DNA of 64,000 nucleotides from a virus (Duplodnaviria; Caudoviricetes): IMG/VR virus record IMGVR_UViG_3300042196_000418; one strand, 5' to 3'. Shown piece by piece: positions 39,717 to 48,019 of this stretch (position 1 is its first letter; each line of letters starts with the position of its first letter). The notes under the pieces were generated by a model. It saw only the letters and a program-made list of their open reading frames with translations, ran no database searches and was not told where the DNA came from. The position numbers and the translations under genes were made by a program.

Positions 39717-40070
39717 TTAGTCCAGGTCCTGGCCGAGCAGGGCGTGGACGCGGCGACGGTTACGGTTCATGAAGTGACGCTGCGATCGCCAGTGCGGGAA
39801 TGCCTCCACCCCGCCGTCGAACGGCAGCGCGTAGTACGGCGAGGCGTAGCCGTAATACGGCAAGGAGCTGTAGCCGTAGCCGTACGGCCAGCCGCCCCAG
39901 CCCCAGCCGCCCCAGCCGCCCCAGCCGCCCCAGCCGCCCCACCATCCGCGACCGCCGTGACCGCCGTGACCGCCATGACCGCCGCGACCGCCATGACCGC
40001 CGCGACCGCCATGACCGCCATGCCCGTGACCGCCACCAGCGCCGATGCTCGTGTATTGACCGCGTGCCAT
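39717..40070 (-). CDS. Gly/His/Trp-rich arm-only protein (GGH, GGW repeats)
   Basis: Start MARGQY directly after the stop of the 40073 gene; resembles the N-arm of 41845-42531. Confidence 0.65.
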   Translation of the reverse strand: MARGQYTSIGAGGGHGHGGHGGRGGHGGRGGHGGHGGHGGRGWWGGWGGWGGWGGWGWGGWPYGYGYSSLPYYGYASPYYALPFDGGVEAFPHWRSQRHFMNRNRRRVHALLGQDLD

Positions 40071-40072
40071 GA

Positions 40073-40960
40073 CTACACCGCCGCCGTTCCGACCATCGCC
40101 CCGAAGAAGGGCGCGCCGCTCTCGTTGAGGCCGATGTACGTGACCACCACGACGACGTCCATCGCGGTCTGCGCCGATTCGAAGCGAACGAACGTGTCGA
40201 TCGCGTTGGTCGCGAAGAGATCGCCCGGCACGTCGCCCGACTGCACGAACTGCGAGCGGTTGCCGATCTTGATGTCGTTCACGATCCAGTCGGCAGCGCC
40301 GCCGGCCGTGCCCGCGTTCGAGATCACGAAGCGGCCGATCTTGAAGACCAGCGTCTGTGGGCGGCCCGTGATCTGTGCCGACTGCGTCGGCAGGATCGGA
40401 ACGCCCGTCGACATCGGGAGGATGTCCCGGTTCGCCTGCGTCGGCATCGGAGCCGCCACCACCGCAGCGCGCGGCGGGAATGGGAAGCCGTCCGGTGGGG
40501 GCAACTGCCCAACCATCGGACCTGTGATGTCGTACCATCCGGCCGTCTGCGGCGGCGCGCCTGTCGGCGACGGCGCGCCTTGTGGAGGCGGGCCTGCCGG
40601 CGCGGGCTGTTGCGGAACCGGAACAGGCACCGGAACAGGAACCTGGACTTGCTGCTGCTGCGCGAGAAGAGCGAGATAGGCTGCGTAGCCGCCGTACATC
40701 GCGTACGGATCGACGACCCCGTACCCGCCGTACATCGCATACGGGTCATAGGCCGGGTACGGATAGGGATAGCCGCCGTAGCCGAAGCCGCGGCCACGAC
40801 CATGGCCGTCCCAGCGACCTTGCATGCCGGGACTGCGACCGCGACCGCGACCGCCGAAGCCGCCGCCGCCGCCACCGCCACCGCCACCGCCACCGCCATG
40901 CTGCTGGCCGACGACGTCGTACCACTGGCCAAGGAGTGCGTAGATTTGCTGTCCGTCCAT
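40073..40960 (-). CDS. Putative major shell/capsid protein copy 5 (Gly/Tyr-rich arm)
   Basis: Conserved C-domain PPRAAVV...MVGTAAV; capsid role is inference. Confidence 0.8.
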   Translation of the reverse strand: MDGQQIYALLGQWYDVVGQQHGGGGGGGGGGGGGFGGRGRGRSPGMQGRWDGHGRGRGFGYGGYPYPYPAYDPYAMYGGYGVVDPYAMYGGYAAYLALLAQQQQVQVPVPVPVPVPQQPAPAGPPPQGAPSPTGAPPQTAGWYDITGPMVGQLPPPDGFPFPPRAAVVAAPMPTQANRDILPMSTGVPILPTQSAQITGRPQTLVFKIGRFVISNAGTAGGAADWIVNDIKIGNRSQFVQSGDVPGDLFATNAIDTFVRFESAQTAMDVVVVVTYIGLNESGAPFFGAMVGTAAV

Positions 40961-41132
40961 GAGAGATGACCTTTCGATTCAGCTAGCGATCAGTGGACGC
41001 GCGCTTGCGCCACCTGGAGCAGGACGAACCTCGCGCTCGAGGTCGGCTCGCGGTCGAGCGCTCAAAGCGCCGAAAAACGTCGACGCCCTCAGCGCAGGAT
41101 CGTGTAGCTCGTGTCCGTTCATTTGTTTCCGC

Positions 41133-41172
41133 GCTCGGACGAGGAATCGAACCCCGCACGCCACTGCCGAGC
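41133..41172 (-). ncRNA. Minimal tRNA-like element (acceptor-like stem + T-arm; copy C)
   Basis: Minus strand: GCTCGG..CGGGG-TTCGATT-CCTCG-T-CCGAGC. Confidence 0.45.
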
Positions 41173-41183
41173 TGCCACTGCGA

Positions 41184-41762
41184 CTAGACCGCCGCCGTAC
41201 CGACCATCGCCCCGAAGAAGGGCGCGCCGCTCTCGTTGAGGCCGATGTACGTGACCACCACGACCACGTCCATCGCGGTCTGCGCCGACTCGAAGCGAAC
41301 GAACGTGTCGATCGCGTTCGTCGCGAAGAGGTCACCCGGGACATCGCCCGACTGAACGAACTGCGAGCGGTTGCCGATCTTGATGTCGTTCACGATCCAG
41401 TCGGCAGCGCCGCCGGCCGTGCCCGCGTTCGAGATCACGAAGCGACCGATCTTGAACACCAGCGTCTGCGGACGGCCGGTGATCTGTGCCGACTGCGTCG
41501 GCAAGATCGGAACGCCGGTCGACATCGGGAGGATGTCCCGGTTCGCCTGCGTCGGCATCGGCGCGGCAACCACCGCAGCGCGCGGTGGGAACGGGAACGG
41601 ATACCCGTTCGGCGGCGCCATCATCTGCTGCGGCATCGGAGGCGGCGCCATCATCTGCTGGGGCGGTCCGCCGTTGGCCGCTGCCGCTGCTGCGGCCTGC
41701 CCGACGATGTCGTACCACTGGCCAAGGATTGCGTAGGGGTTTCCGTACTGCTGTCCGTACAT
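41184..41762 (-). CDS. Putative major shell/capsid protein copy 4 (short Pro/Gln/Met arm)
   Basis: Start MYGQQ at 41762 with AGGA upstream; same C-domain. Confidence 0.8.
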   Translation of the reverse strand: MYGQQYGNPYAILGQWYDIVGQAAAAAAANGGPPQQMMAPPPMPQQMMAPPNGYPFPFPPRAAVVAAPMPTQANRDILPMSTGVPILPTQSAQITGRPQTLVFKIGRFVISNAGTAGGAADWIVNDIKIGNRSQFVQSGDVPGDLFATNAIDTFVRFESAQTAMDVVVVVTYIGLNESGAPFFGAMVGTAAV

Positions 41763-41844
41763 GGTGATTGTCCTTCCTGTTCCTCGTCGCGTTTCGGCGC
41801 GAGAGGATTGTTCCTCGCACACCACTACAGAGCTGCTGTTTCGA

Positions 41845-42531
41845 CTAGATCGCCGCCGTACCGACCATCGCCCCGAAGAAGGGCGCGCCGCTCTCGTTGA
41901 GGCCGATGTACGTGACCACCACCACCACATCCATCGCGGTCTGCGCCGACTCGAAGCGAACGAACGTGTCGATCGCGTTCGTCGCGAACAGATCGCCCGG
42001 CACGTCGCCCGACTGAACGAACTGCGACCGATTGCCGATCTTGATGTCGTTCACGATCCAGTCGGCAGCACCACCGGCCGTGCCCGCGTTCGAGATCACG
42101 AAGCGGCCGATCTTGAATACCAGCGTCTGCGGACGACCCGTGATCTGCGCCGACTGCGTCGGCAAGATCGGTACGCCCGTCGACATCGGGAGGATGTCGC
42201 GGTTCGCCTGCGTTGGCATCGGAGCCGCCACCACCGCGGCGCGCGGCGGGAACGGGAAGTTCATGCCGGGTGGCGGACCCGGAGGCAAACCAGCCTCCTG
42301 TCCCAAGAGTACGACGTCGGGACCGATCACCCGCCCCGCGGGCAGATCGAGCGTCGGATAGCCGTAGCCGTACGGGTAGCCGGCATAGCCAGCATAGCCG
42401 TACGGCCAGCCGCCCCAACTGCCCCAGCTGCCGCCCCATCCACTACGACCGCGCTCGCCGCGCTCGCCGCGACCGCGACCGCGGTCACCACGTTCGCCGC
42501 GCTCGTTGCCGATGTAATCGCCATACGCCAT
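41845..42531 (-). CDS. Putative major shell/capsid protein copy 3 (RG/GW arm)
   Basis: AGGAAGG RBS; same C-domain ending AAI. Confidence 0.8.
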   Translation of the reverse strand: MAYGDYIGNERGERGDRGRGRGERGERGRSGWGGSWGSWGGWPYGYAGYAGYPYGYGYPTLDLPAGRVIGPDVVLLGQEAGLPPGPPPGMNFPFPPRAAVVAAPMPTQANRDILPMSTGVPILPTQSAQITGRPQTLVFKIGRFVISNAGTAGGAADWIVNDIKIGNRSQFVQSGDVPGDLFATNAIDTFVRFESAQTAMDVVVVVTYIGLNESGAPFFGAMVGTAAI

Positions 42532-42555
42532 GGGTTGCCTTCCTTTTTTCCTTCG

Positions 42556-42613
42556 AGCTCCGCCGCCGAATCGAACGGCGACCTTGTCGCGTAAACCGCG
42601 ACCCCTCGGAGCT
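42556..42613 (-). ncRNA. tRNA-like intergenic structured element (copy B)
   Basis: Near-copy of 39653-39708; middle hairpin differs (GTCGCG-GTTTA-CGCGAC) but still pairs; identical T-arm. Confidence 0.5.
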
Positions 42614-42621
42614 GTTCGCGA

Positions 42622-43725
42622 CTAGACCGCCGCCGTACCGACCATCGCCCCGAAGAAGGGCGCGCCGCTCTCGTTGAGCCCGATGTACGTGACCACGACG
42701 ACCACATCCATCGCTGTCTGCGCCGCCTCGAAGCGAACGAACGTGTCGATCGCGTTGACGGCGAACAGGTCACCCGGCACGTCGCCGGACTGCACGAACT
42801 GCGACCGGTTGCCGATCTTGATGTCGTTCACGATCCAGTCGGCAGCGCCGCCGGCCGTGCCCGCGTTCGAGATCACGAAGCGCCCGATCTTGAAGACCAG
42901 CGTCTGCGGGCGGCCCGTGATCTGTGCCGACTGCGTCGGCAAGATCGGTACGCCCGTCGACATCGGGAGGATGTCGCGGTTCGCCTGCGTTGGCATCGGA
43001 GCCGCCACCACCGCGGCGCGCGGCGGGAACGGGAAGCCGTCCGGTGGAGGCAACTGCCCAACCATCGGGCCCGCGAGGTCGTGCCACTGACCGATGGTCC
43101 CAGTGCCGCTGAACAAGTCGCTCCACCAGTTGCCCTGACCCTGCCTCGACTGGCGCGACGTCCCGGTGACGCCGCTTGGACCGCCACGATGCTCGCGCAC
43201 CGTCGGAGTCCCCGTCGGAGCCGGCGTCCCCGAGTACGCGCGCCGCTGTTCCCAGTGACCGGCAACGTTTCCGCGAGCAGGCACCCAGATGTACTGCCCC
43301 GACGGATCCGTTGGGATCCGATCATCAGGTCGGCCAGGCTGGGGCTGATACGGAGGCTGCTGATACGGAGGCTGCATCTGCGGGTACCACGGGTTCTGCT
43401 GCCGCCACCATGCAGGCTGCTGCCACCACCACTGCGGCGGTTGCTGCTGCCCGTACGGCGACTGCCCGTACGGCGGTTGCTGCCCGTAGCCGTACGGAGG
43501 CTGCTGTCCGTACGGAGGCTGCGGCACTCCCTGCGGCGGCGACTGCCACCACTGCCGCTGCTGCCATTCGGGCACGCGCTTCCAGTCGTGCTTCGACTGA
43601 CGCCACCACGGTGGCGGCTTACGCCACCACTTCTTGTCGTCGTCGTCGTCGCCGCTGACGAGATCGACCCACTGGCCGATCAGCGCCTGGACCTCGTTCG
43701 GTCCCATGTACCCGCTCGACGCCAC
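42622..43725 (-). CDS. Putative major shell/capsid protein copy 2 (long Gln/Pro/Trp arm)
   Basis: Same C-domain with two substitutions (FAVN, FEAAQ). Confidence 0.8.
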   Translation of the reverse strand: MASSGYMGPNEVQALIGQWVDLVSGDDDDDKKWWRKPPPWWRQSKHDWKRVPEWQQRQWWQSPPQGVPQPPYGQQPPYGYGQQPPYGQSPYGQQQPPQWWWQQPAWWRQQNPWYPQMQPPYQQPPYQPQPGRPDDRIPTDPSGQYIWVPARGNVAGHWEQRRAYSGTPAPTGTPTVREHRGGPSGVTGTSRQSRQGQGNWWSDLFSGTGTIGQWHDLAGPMVGQLPPPDGFPFPPRAAVVAAPMPTQANRDILPMSTGVPILPTQSAQITGRPQTLVFKIGRFVISNAGTAGGAADWIVNDIKIGNRSQFVQSGDVPGDLFAVNAIDTFVRFEAAQTAMDVVVVVTYIGLNESGAPFFGAMVGTAAV

Positions 43726-43727
43726 GG

Positions 43728-44432
43728 TTACACCGCCGCCGTACCGACCATCGCCCCGAAGAAGGGCGCGCCGCTCTCGTTGAGGCCGATGTACGTGACC
43801 ACCACGACCACGTCCATCGCGGTCTGCGCCGACTCGAAGCGAACGAACGTGTCGATCGCGTTCGTCGCGAAGAGGTCACCCGGGACATCGCCCGACTGAA
43901 CGAACTGCGAGCGGTTGCCGATCTTGATGTCGTTCACGATCCAGTCGGCAGCGCCGCCGGCCGTGCCCGCGTTCGAGATCACGAAGCGACCGATCTTGAA
44001 CACCAGCGTCTGCGGACGGCCGGTGATCTGTGCCGACTGCGTCGGCAGGATCGGAACGCCGGTCGACATCGGGAGGATGTCCCGGTTCGCCTGCGTCGGC
44101 ATCGGAGCCGCCACCACCGCAGCGCGCGGCGGGAACGGGAACATCTCCGGAGGAGGACCCATCGGCATCTGCGGTGCCATCTGCGGCGGCGGCGGCGGAG
44201 CGGCCGGAGACGGCCCGACGATCGGGGCGCCCGTCGTCGGATCGGCACCCAGGATCATGTACCCGGGCGGAAGGCCGTACGGCAGCGGACGCTGGACGGC
44301 CATGCTACCGCCATACGCGCCGTGCTGCCTCGGCCACTGGCCCACCTGCGGTCCGACGATGTCGTACCAACCGGCGAGAAGCGCCTGCACCTGGCCAGGG
44401 TTGAGCTGCTGCTGATAAGGGCTATATGCCAT
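43728..44432 (-). CDS. Putative major shell/capsid protein copy 1 (Pro-rich arm)
   Basis: Start MAYSP at 44432 with AAAGG RBS; same C-domain. Confidence 0.8.
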   Translation of the reverse strand: MAYSPYQQQLNPGQVQALLAGWYDIVGPQVGQWPRQHGAYGGSMAVQRPLPYGLPPGYMILGADPTTGAPIVGPSPAAPPPPPQMAPQMPMGPPPEMFPFPPRAAVVAAPMPTQANRDILPMSTGVPILPTQSAQITGRPQTLVFKIGRFVISNAGTAGGAADWIVNDIKIGNRSQFVQSGDVPGDLFATNAIDTFVRFESAQTAMDVVVVVTYIGLNESGAPFFGAMVGTAAV

Positions 44433-44666
44433 CTGAAACAACCTTTCGCGACAAAGCTGTCGCTGTGCGGTTCGCGCGCTCGCGCCGCAAGAGAGGGAAA
44501 CACTTCGGTGATCGATCCTCGCACTCGAGGTCGGCTGGAACTTCGGGACGTCGACACCTCGCGCTTGAGGTGACGACCGTCTCGCGGTCGAGCCCTCACG
44601 CGTCGTCAAAGAGACAGCGCGTCAGGGCCAGATCGTGAGATCTGACTGTCAACGATCGAAGACGAA

Positions 44667-45194
44667 CTAGCCGTACGCGGGAGCCCCGGCAGCCTGCTGC
44701 ATGCGTTGCACGATGGCAGCCATCTGCGACTCGGAGAGGTCACCATGCACCGCCGGTGGAGCAACCGGAGGTGCCGCGTGCGGCCAACCGTTCTCGTACG
44801 GCTGTGCGTACGGGTGACCGCCGCCGCCGAACGGCTTGCCGGTCTCCTTCCAGCGCTTGCCGAACGCGTAGCCGGTGGCCGCGAGGTACGATCCGACGAA
44901 GCCGTTGCCGAGGTTGTTGAAGTGCTCGCTGTACTTCTCGCCGCCGAGGTTCGCGTACGCCATGACGAGCAAGCCCGCACCAGCGAGGAGATTGAGGGGC
45001 AACGGGCCAACAGCCTTGCCTCCCGTCAGACCTTCGAGCAGACCGCCGCCCCACGCACCGGCGCCGGTCTCGAGGACGCCGAAGCTCTTCTGAGCGTATC
45101 CCGAGATCTTCTCGCGGATACCGTCGAGCTTCTGCATCGTCGCGTGGTGACGACGAGCCATGTGATGGAGATGTTCTTCGGTGATGTTGGCCAT
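44667..45194 (-). CDS. Membrane protein, paralog of 45558-45926
   Basis: NxTEEHLHxMARRHHATMQKLDGIRE then Gly-rich TM helices. Confidence 0.75.
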   Translation of the reverse strand: MANITEEHLHHMARRHHATMQKLDGIREKISGYAQKSFGVLETGAGAWGGGLLEGLTGGKAVGPLPLNLLAGAGLLVMAYANLGGEKYSEHFNNLGNGFVGSYLAATGYAFGKRWKETGKPFGGGGHPYAQPYENGWPHAAPPVAPPAVHGDLSESQMAAIVQRMQQAAGAPAYG

Positions 45195-45276
45195 GGTTCT
45201 TGATCACCTAAGGCCCGACCGAGGGCTACTCGGTACGGGCCAACGGCGAGGACTCGCCGCTTTGGATCAACGTGCC

Positions 45277-45561
45277 TTACGGTCGGTTGTCGACCTCGAC
45301 CTTGGGTTGAAGGGCCATCGCCTCCAGCTGCGCGAGGACGCGGCGACCTTCGTCGGTCAATCGCACGCGCGGGTGCTCGCCGTTGCGGGCGATGATCGTC
45401 ACGAGGTTCTTGGCGCGTGATACCTTCACACCCGCCTTGCCCTCGTCGGTCTCAGGCAGTGGGTACTCGCCACCAGTTTTCATCAGCAGCGACAGCAGCT
45501 GAATGTCGAACATGGTCAGGCCGACCTGTTTGAGGTGCGTACGATCGATATTGCTGTTCAC
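45277..45561 (-). CDS. Small winged-helix-like protein
   Basis: C-terminal VRLTDEGRRVL wing motif. Confidence 0.5.
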   Translation of the reverse strand: MNSNIDRTHLKQVGLTMFDIQLLSLLMKTGGEYPLPETDEGKAGVKVSRAKNLVTIIARNGEHPRVRLTDEGRRVLAQLEAMALQPKVEVDNRP

Positions 45562-45926
45562 AACGCCCCCTGTGGCCGCGCCGAACGACGCTCTCGCATG
45601 TGCTGACCAAAGCGATAGCCAACTCTTGCGAGAGGGCCTGCGAGGAAACCCTTACCGATGTTGCCGTAGCGCGCACTGTCCTTCTCGCCGCCGAAATCGA
45701 GGAAGTCTAGAAGAATAAAACCCACGCCAAACACCGCGCCCGCGCTCACTGGCCATTGGAGCTTGCCGTCCATCAAACCACCAACCCACGCACCTCCGCC
45801 CGTCTCGATCGTGCTGAACGCGCGGTTGGAATACTCGGCAATTTCCTCGCGGATACCGTCGAGTTTCTGCATCGTCGCGTGGTGACGCCGGGCCATGCGG
45901 TGGAGATGTTCTTCGGTGACGTTCAC
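45558..45926 (-). CDS. Membrane protein, paralog of 44667-45194
   Basis: GTGA overlap start at 45926; same N-terminal motif. Confidence 0.7.
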   Translation of the reverse strand: MNVTEEHLHRMARRHHATMQKLDGIREEIAEYSNRAFSTIETGGGAWVGGLMDGKLQWPVSAGAVFGVGFILLDFLDFGGEKDSARYGNIGKGFLAGPLARVGYRFGQHMRERRSARPQGAL

Positions 45927-46276
45927 GACGCCTTCTCCAGCGCCCGCAGGATCTGGGCTGCGAACGCGCGTGTGCTGCACTCCGTACGCGCGTTGCCGCC
46001 GTCAGTGACGACGAAGATCGTGCTGCCGGACTTCGGATCGACCGTCTCGACGATGTAGAAGTGCAGTCTCTTCGCTACCGCGGTGGAGGAAGACGGCTTG
46101 GCCTTCGGCTTGTCGGAATGCTCGACGTCGATGACCTCGCGACGCTTGCCGCGCCGTGTCTGCTGGAGCGTCTCTTCCGTGTACTTGTGCCGGTTGAGCA
46201 CGCGGTCAGCCGCGTTGACCCCACTGTCAATGAGGTCGAAAACACGGTCGATTGCGCTGGTGGTTTCGTCCGGCAC
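45923..46276 (-). CDS. Hypothetical protein (first gene of the leftward arm)
   Basis: GTG start with GGATAG upstream. Confidence 0.6.
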   Translation of the reverse strand: MPDETTSAIDRVFDLIDSGVNAADRVLNRHKYTEETLQQTRRGKRREVIDVEHSDKPKAKPSSSTAVAKRLHFYIVETVDPKSGSTIFVVTDGGNARTECSTRAFAAQILRALEKAS

Positions 46277-46400
46277 CTATCCAGCTTTAGCCGATCCGTA
46301 AGGGCAAATCGTGAATGTTGCCCCCGCCCTAACTGGTTTGCTGGCCAGCCAAAACATTGCCTTCCAGCCCGCAAACAGCCATCCTTGATCGCGAACATAG

Positions 46401-47177
46401 ATGGTTACCCGACACAACACACACGCAGATGTCCCCAACAAGGAGATCCAAAAATCTGATCCGTCTGAAACGTCAGATTCGCTTGATCCGTCTGAGACCG
46501 AAGGCTGGCTCACCCGAGAGGAGAGTGGACGCCTCTTGGGCGTCGCGGTGTCGACGATCAAAAACTACGAACGGCGTGGACTGCTGTGTCCGCAGCGTGT
46601 GTCTCGACAAGACACCAAGGGGCGCGAGCACGTCGTCGTGATGCACGATCCAAGAGAGTTGACCAAACTACGCGATAAACTTCAGGAGCTGACTAGACCA
46701 ACCAAGTCAGCGAACACGATCGACACGAGCACGTGGCTGACGCGTAACGAGAGCACTGATGCTCTCAGCATCTCGATACAAACCCTCAAGAACTACGAGG
46801 AGCGCGGGTTGCTACATCCAGCTCGCGTCCCTCGACGAGATGCCAGAGGACACGAGCAAGTAGTCGTGGTGTACGACCCCAAAGAACTGGCAAAGCTGCC
46901 ACGCGGGATCGGGCGGCCGTTTTCTCCCCGGGAGCCCGGAGAAATCTACGCGCGCTGCTTCGAGATGTTCGAGCAGAACAGGGCCTTCAGCGATGTCGTC
47001 ATCGAGATGCGTCAAACCTCAGACAAGGTCCACGAGCTGTACGAGAGATGGCTCGACGACAGCCGCGCAATCTGGGTACTCAACGACGAAGCCAAGAAAG
47101 CGTTGGCGCAGGTTCTCGGTCCGTTTGCGAGCGTCACAGAGCTGGTCACCCTCGTGCAGCAACGAAAAACGGCATGA
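46401..47177 (+). CDS. Tandem MerR/excisionase-like HTH DNA-binding protein
   Basis: WLTRxES..L.[VI]..T[IL]KNYExRGLLxP..V.R.DxxG.E.VVV.xDP.EL.KL occurs twice. Confidence 0.8.
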   Translation: MVTRHNTHADVPNKEIQKSDPSETSDSLDPSETEGWLTREESGRLLGVAVSTIKNYERRGLLCPQRVSRQDTKGREHVVVMHDPRELTKLRDKLQELTRPTKSANTIDTSTWLTRNESTDALSISIQTLKNYEERGLLHPARVPRRDARGHEQVVVVYDPKELAKLPRGIGRPFSPREPGEIYARCFEMFEQNRAFSDVVIEMRQTSDKVHELYERWLDDSRAIWVLNDEAKKALAQVLGPFASVTELVTLVQQRKTA

Positions 47178-47406
47178 CGCCGCATTACGGCCCGCGGCCA
47201 GCGGCCAGCGGCCAGGAGTGTGCCCTGAAACCCCGTGTTTCCCAGATACCCCTCGGGCTTCCTCAGAACCCTAGCCAACCATCGAAAACGGCGCGCCGCG
47301 ATCGAGGAACTCGCACGCGTTTTCCGCGCCGTGGCGACGGAATTCGCACGGGTGCCGACATGAATCGAACCGCGTTTCCTCAAAACTCGACAGAATTAGA
47401 ACCGAG

Positions 47407-47742
47407 CTAGACGCGGCGGCGGTGCGGCTTCTTCTTCGGGTGCCGATCCTGCTGGAGCGCACGTGCGAGGCGATTCATCTGGAGCGCAGTCGCGTTGCGA
47501 TGCACGCAACGCGAGTCGAGTTCGGCGATCTGGGGCTTGCCGCTCTTCAACCGCCACCACACGACGATGTCGGAGGTACCGGGGACGTCGGTGTTGCGAC
47601 CCGGTGTGCTGATGCCGGCTACGGTCATCGGAGGACCGCCGGAGTTCAACTCGACGATGTCACCCACCACGTAGCGCTGCATCGGCTGCATCGGAGGAGC
47701 CTTCTTCGTTGAGCGTCGGGAAGTCAGGGGAGCGGTAGTCAT
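47407..47742 (-). CDS. DUF2158/YodC-like protein
   Basis: VGDIVELNSGGPPMTV. Confidence 0.7.
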   Translation of the reverse strand: MTTAPLTSRRSTKKAPPMQPMQRYVVGDIVELNSGGPPMTVAGISTPGRNTDVPGTSDIVVWWRLKSGKPQIAELDSRCVHRNATALQMNRLARALQQDRHPKKKPHRRRV

Positions 47743-48019
47743 CCTGGCCGAAGGTAACAAAATATTGGCTTGGCGCCTCGTTCTGTTACCTCTCGACGAG
47801 CTGATCTAGACGCCCCCACACTCCCCAGCTGTGTTCGCACGGCAGAGAGCAGCGGCCAGCGGCCAGCTGGCAGCCACGCGACTATGGGTACTACAATACC
47901 CGTGTCTGCATCACCCCGAGCCTCAACGCGAGAGAGACGGGTGCGTAGCTACCCACGGTTTCGAGCCGCATACTTGCGCGGTCTTGCACACGGCACGCGG
48001 GGTGCTCTTACTCCGCCCC

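Noticed and set aside
39653-42613. Intergenic T-loop elements as true tRNA genes or CRISPR repeats
   Set aside because: Only 40-58 nt, with no D-arm or CCA; spacing is gene-sized and there are no cas genes
40073-44432. Near-identical repeats as a diversity-generating retroelement or shufflon
   Set aside because: Differences are nearly all synonymous and not adenine-specific; no reverse transcriptase or recombinase in the window; all copies are intact and in the same orientation
40073-44432. Encapsulin, BMC or gas-vesicle shell
   Set aside because: The domain is ~115 aa and predominantly beta by pattern; no HK97, BMC or GvpA motifs are recognisable
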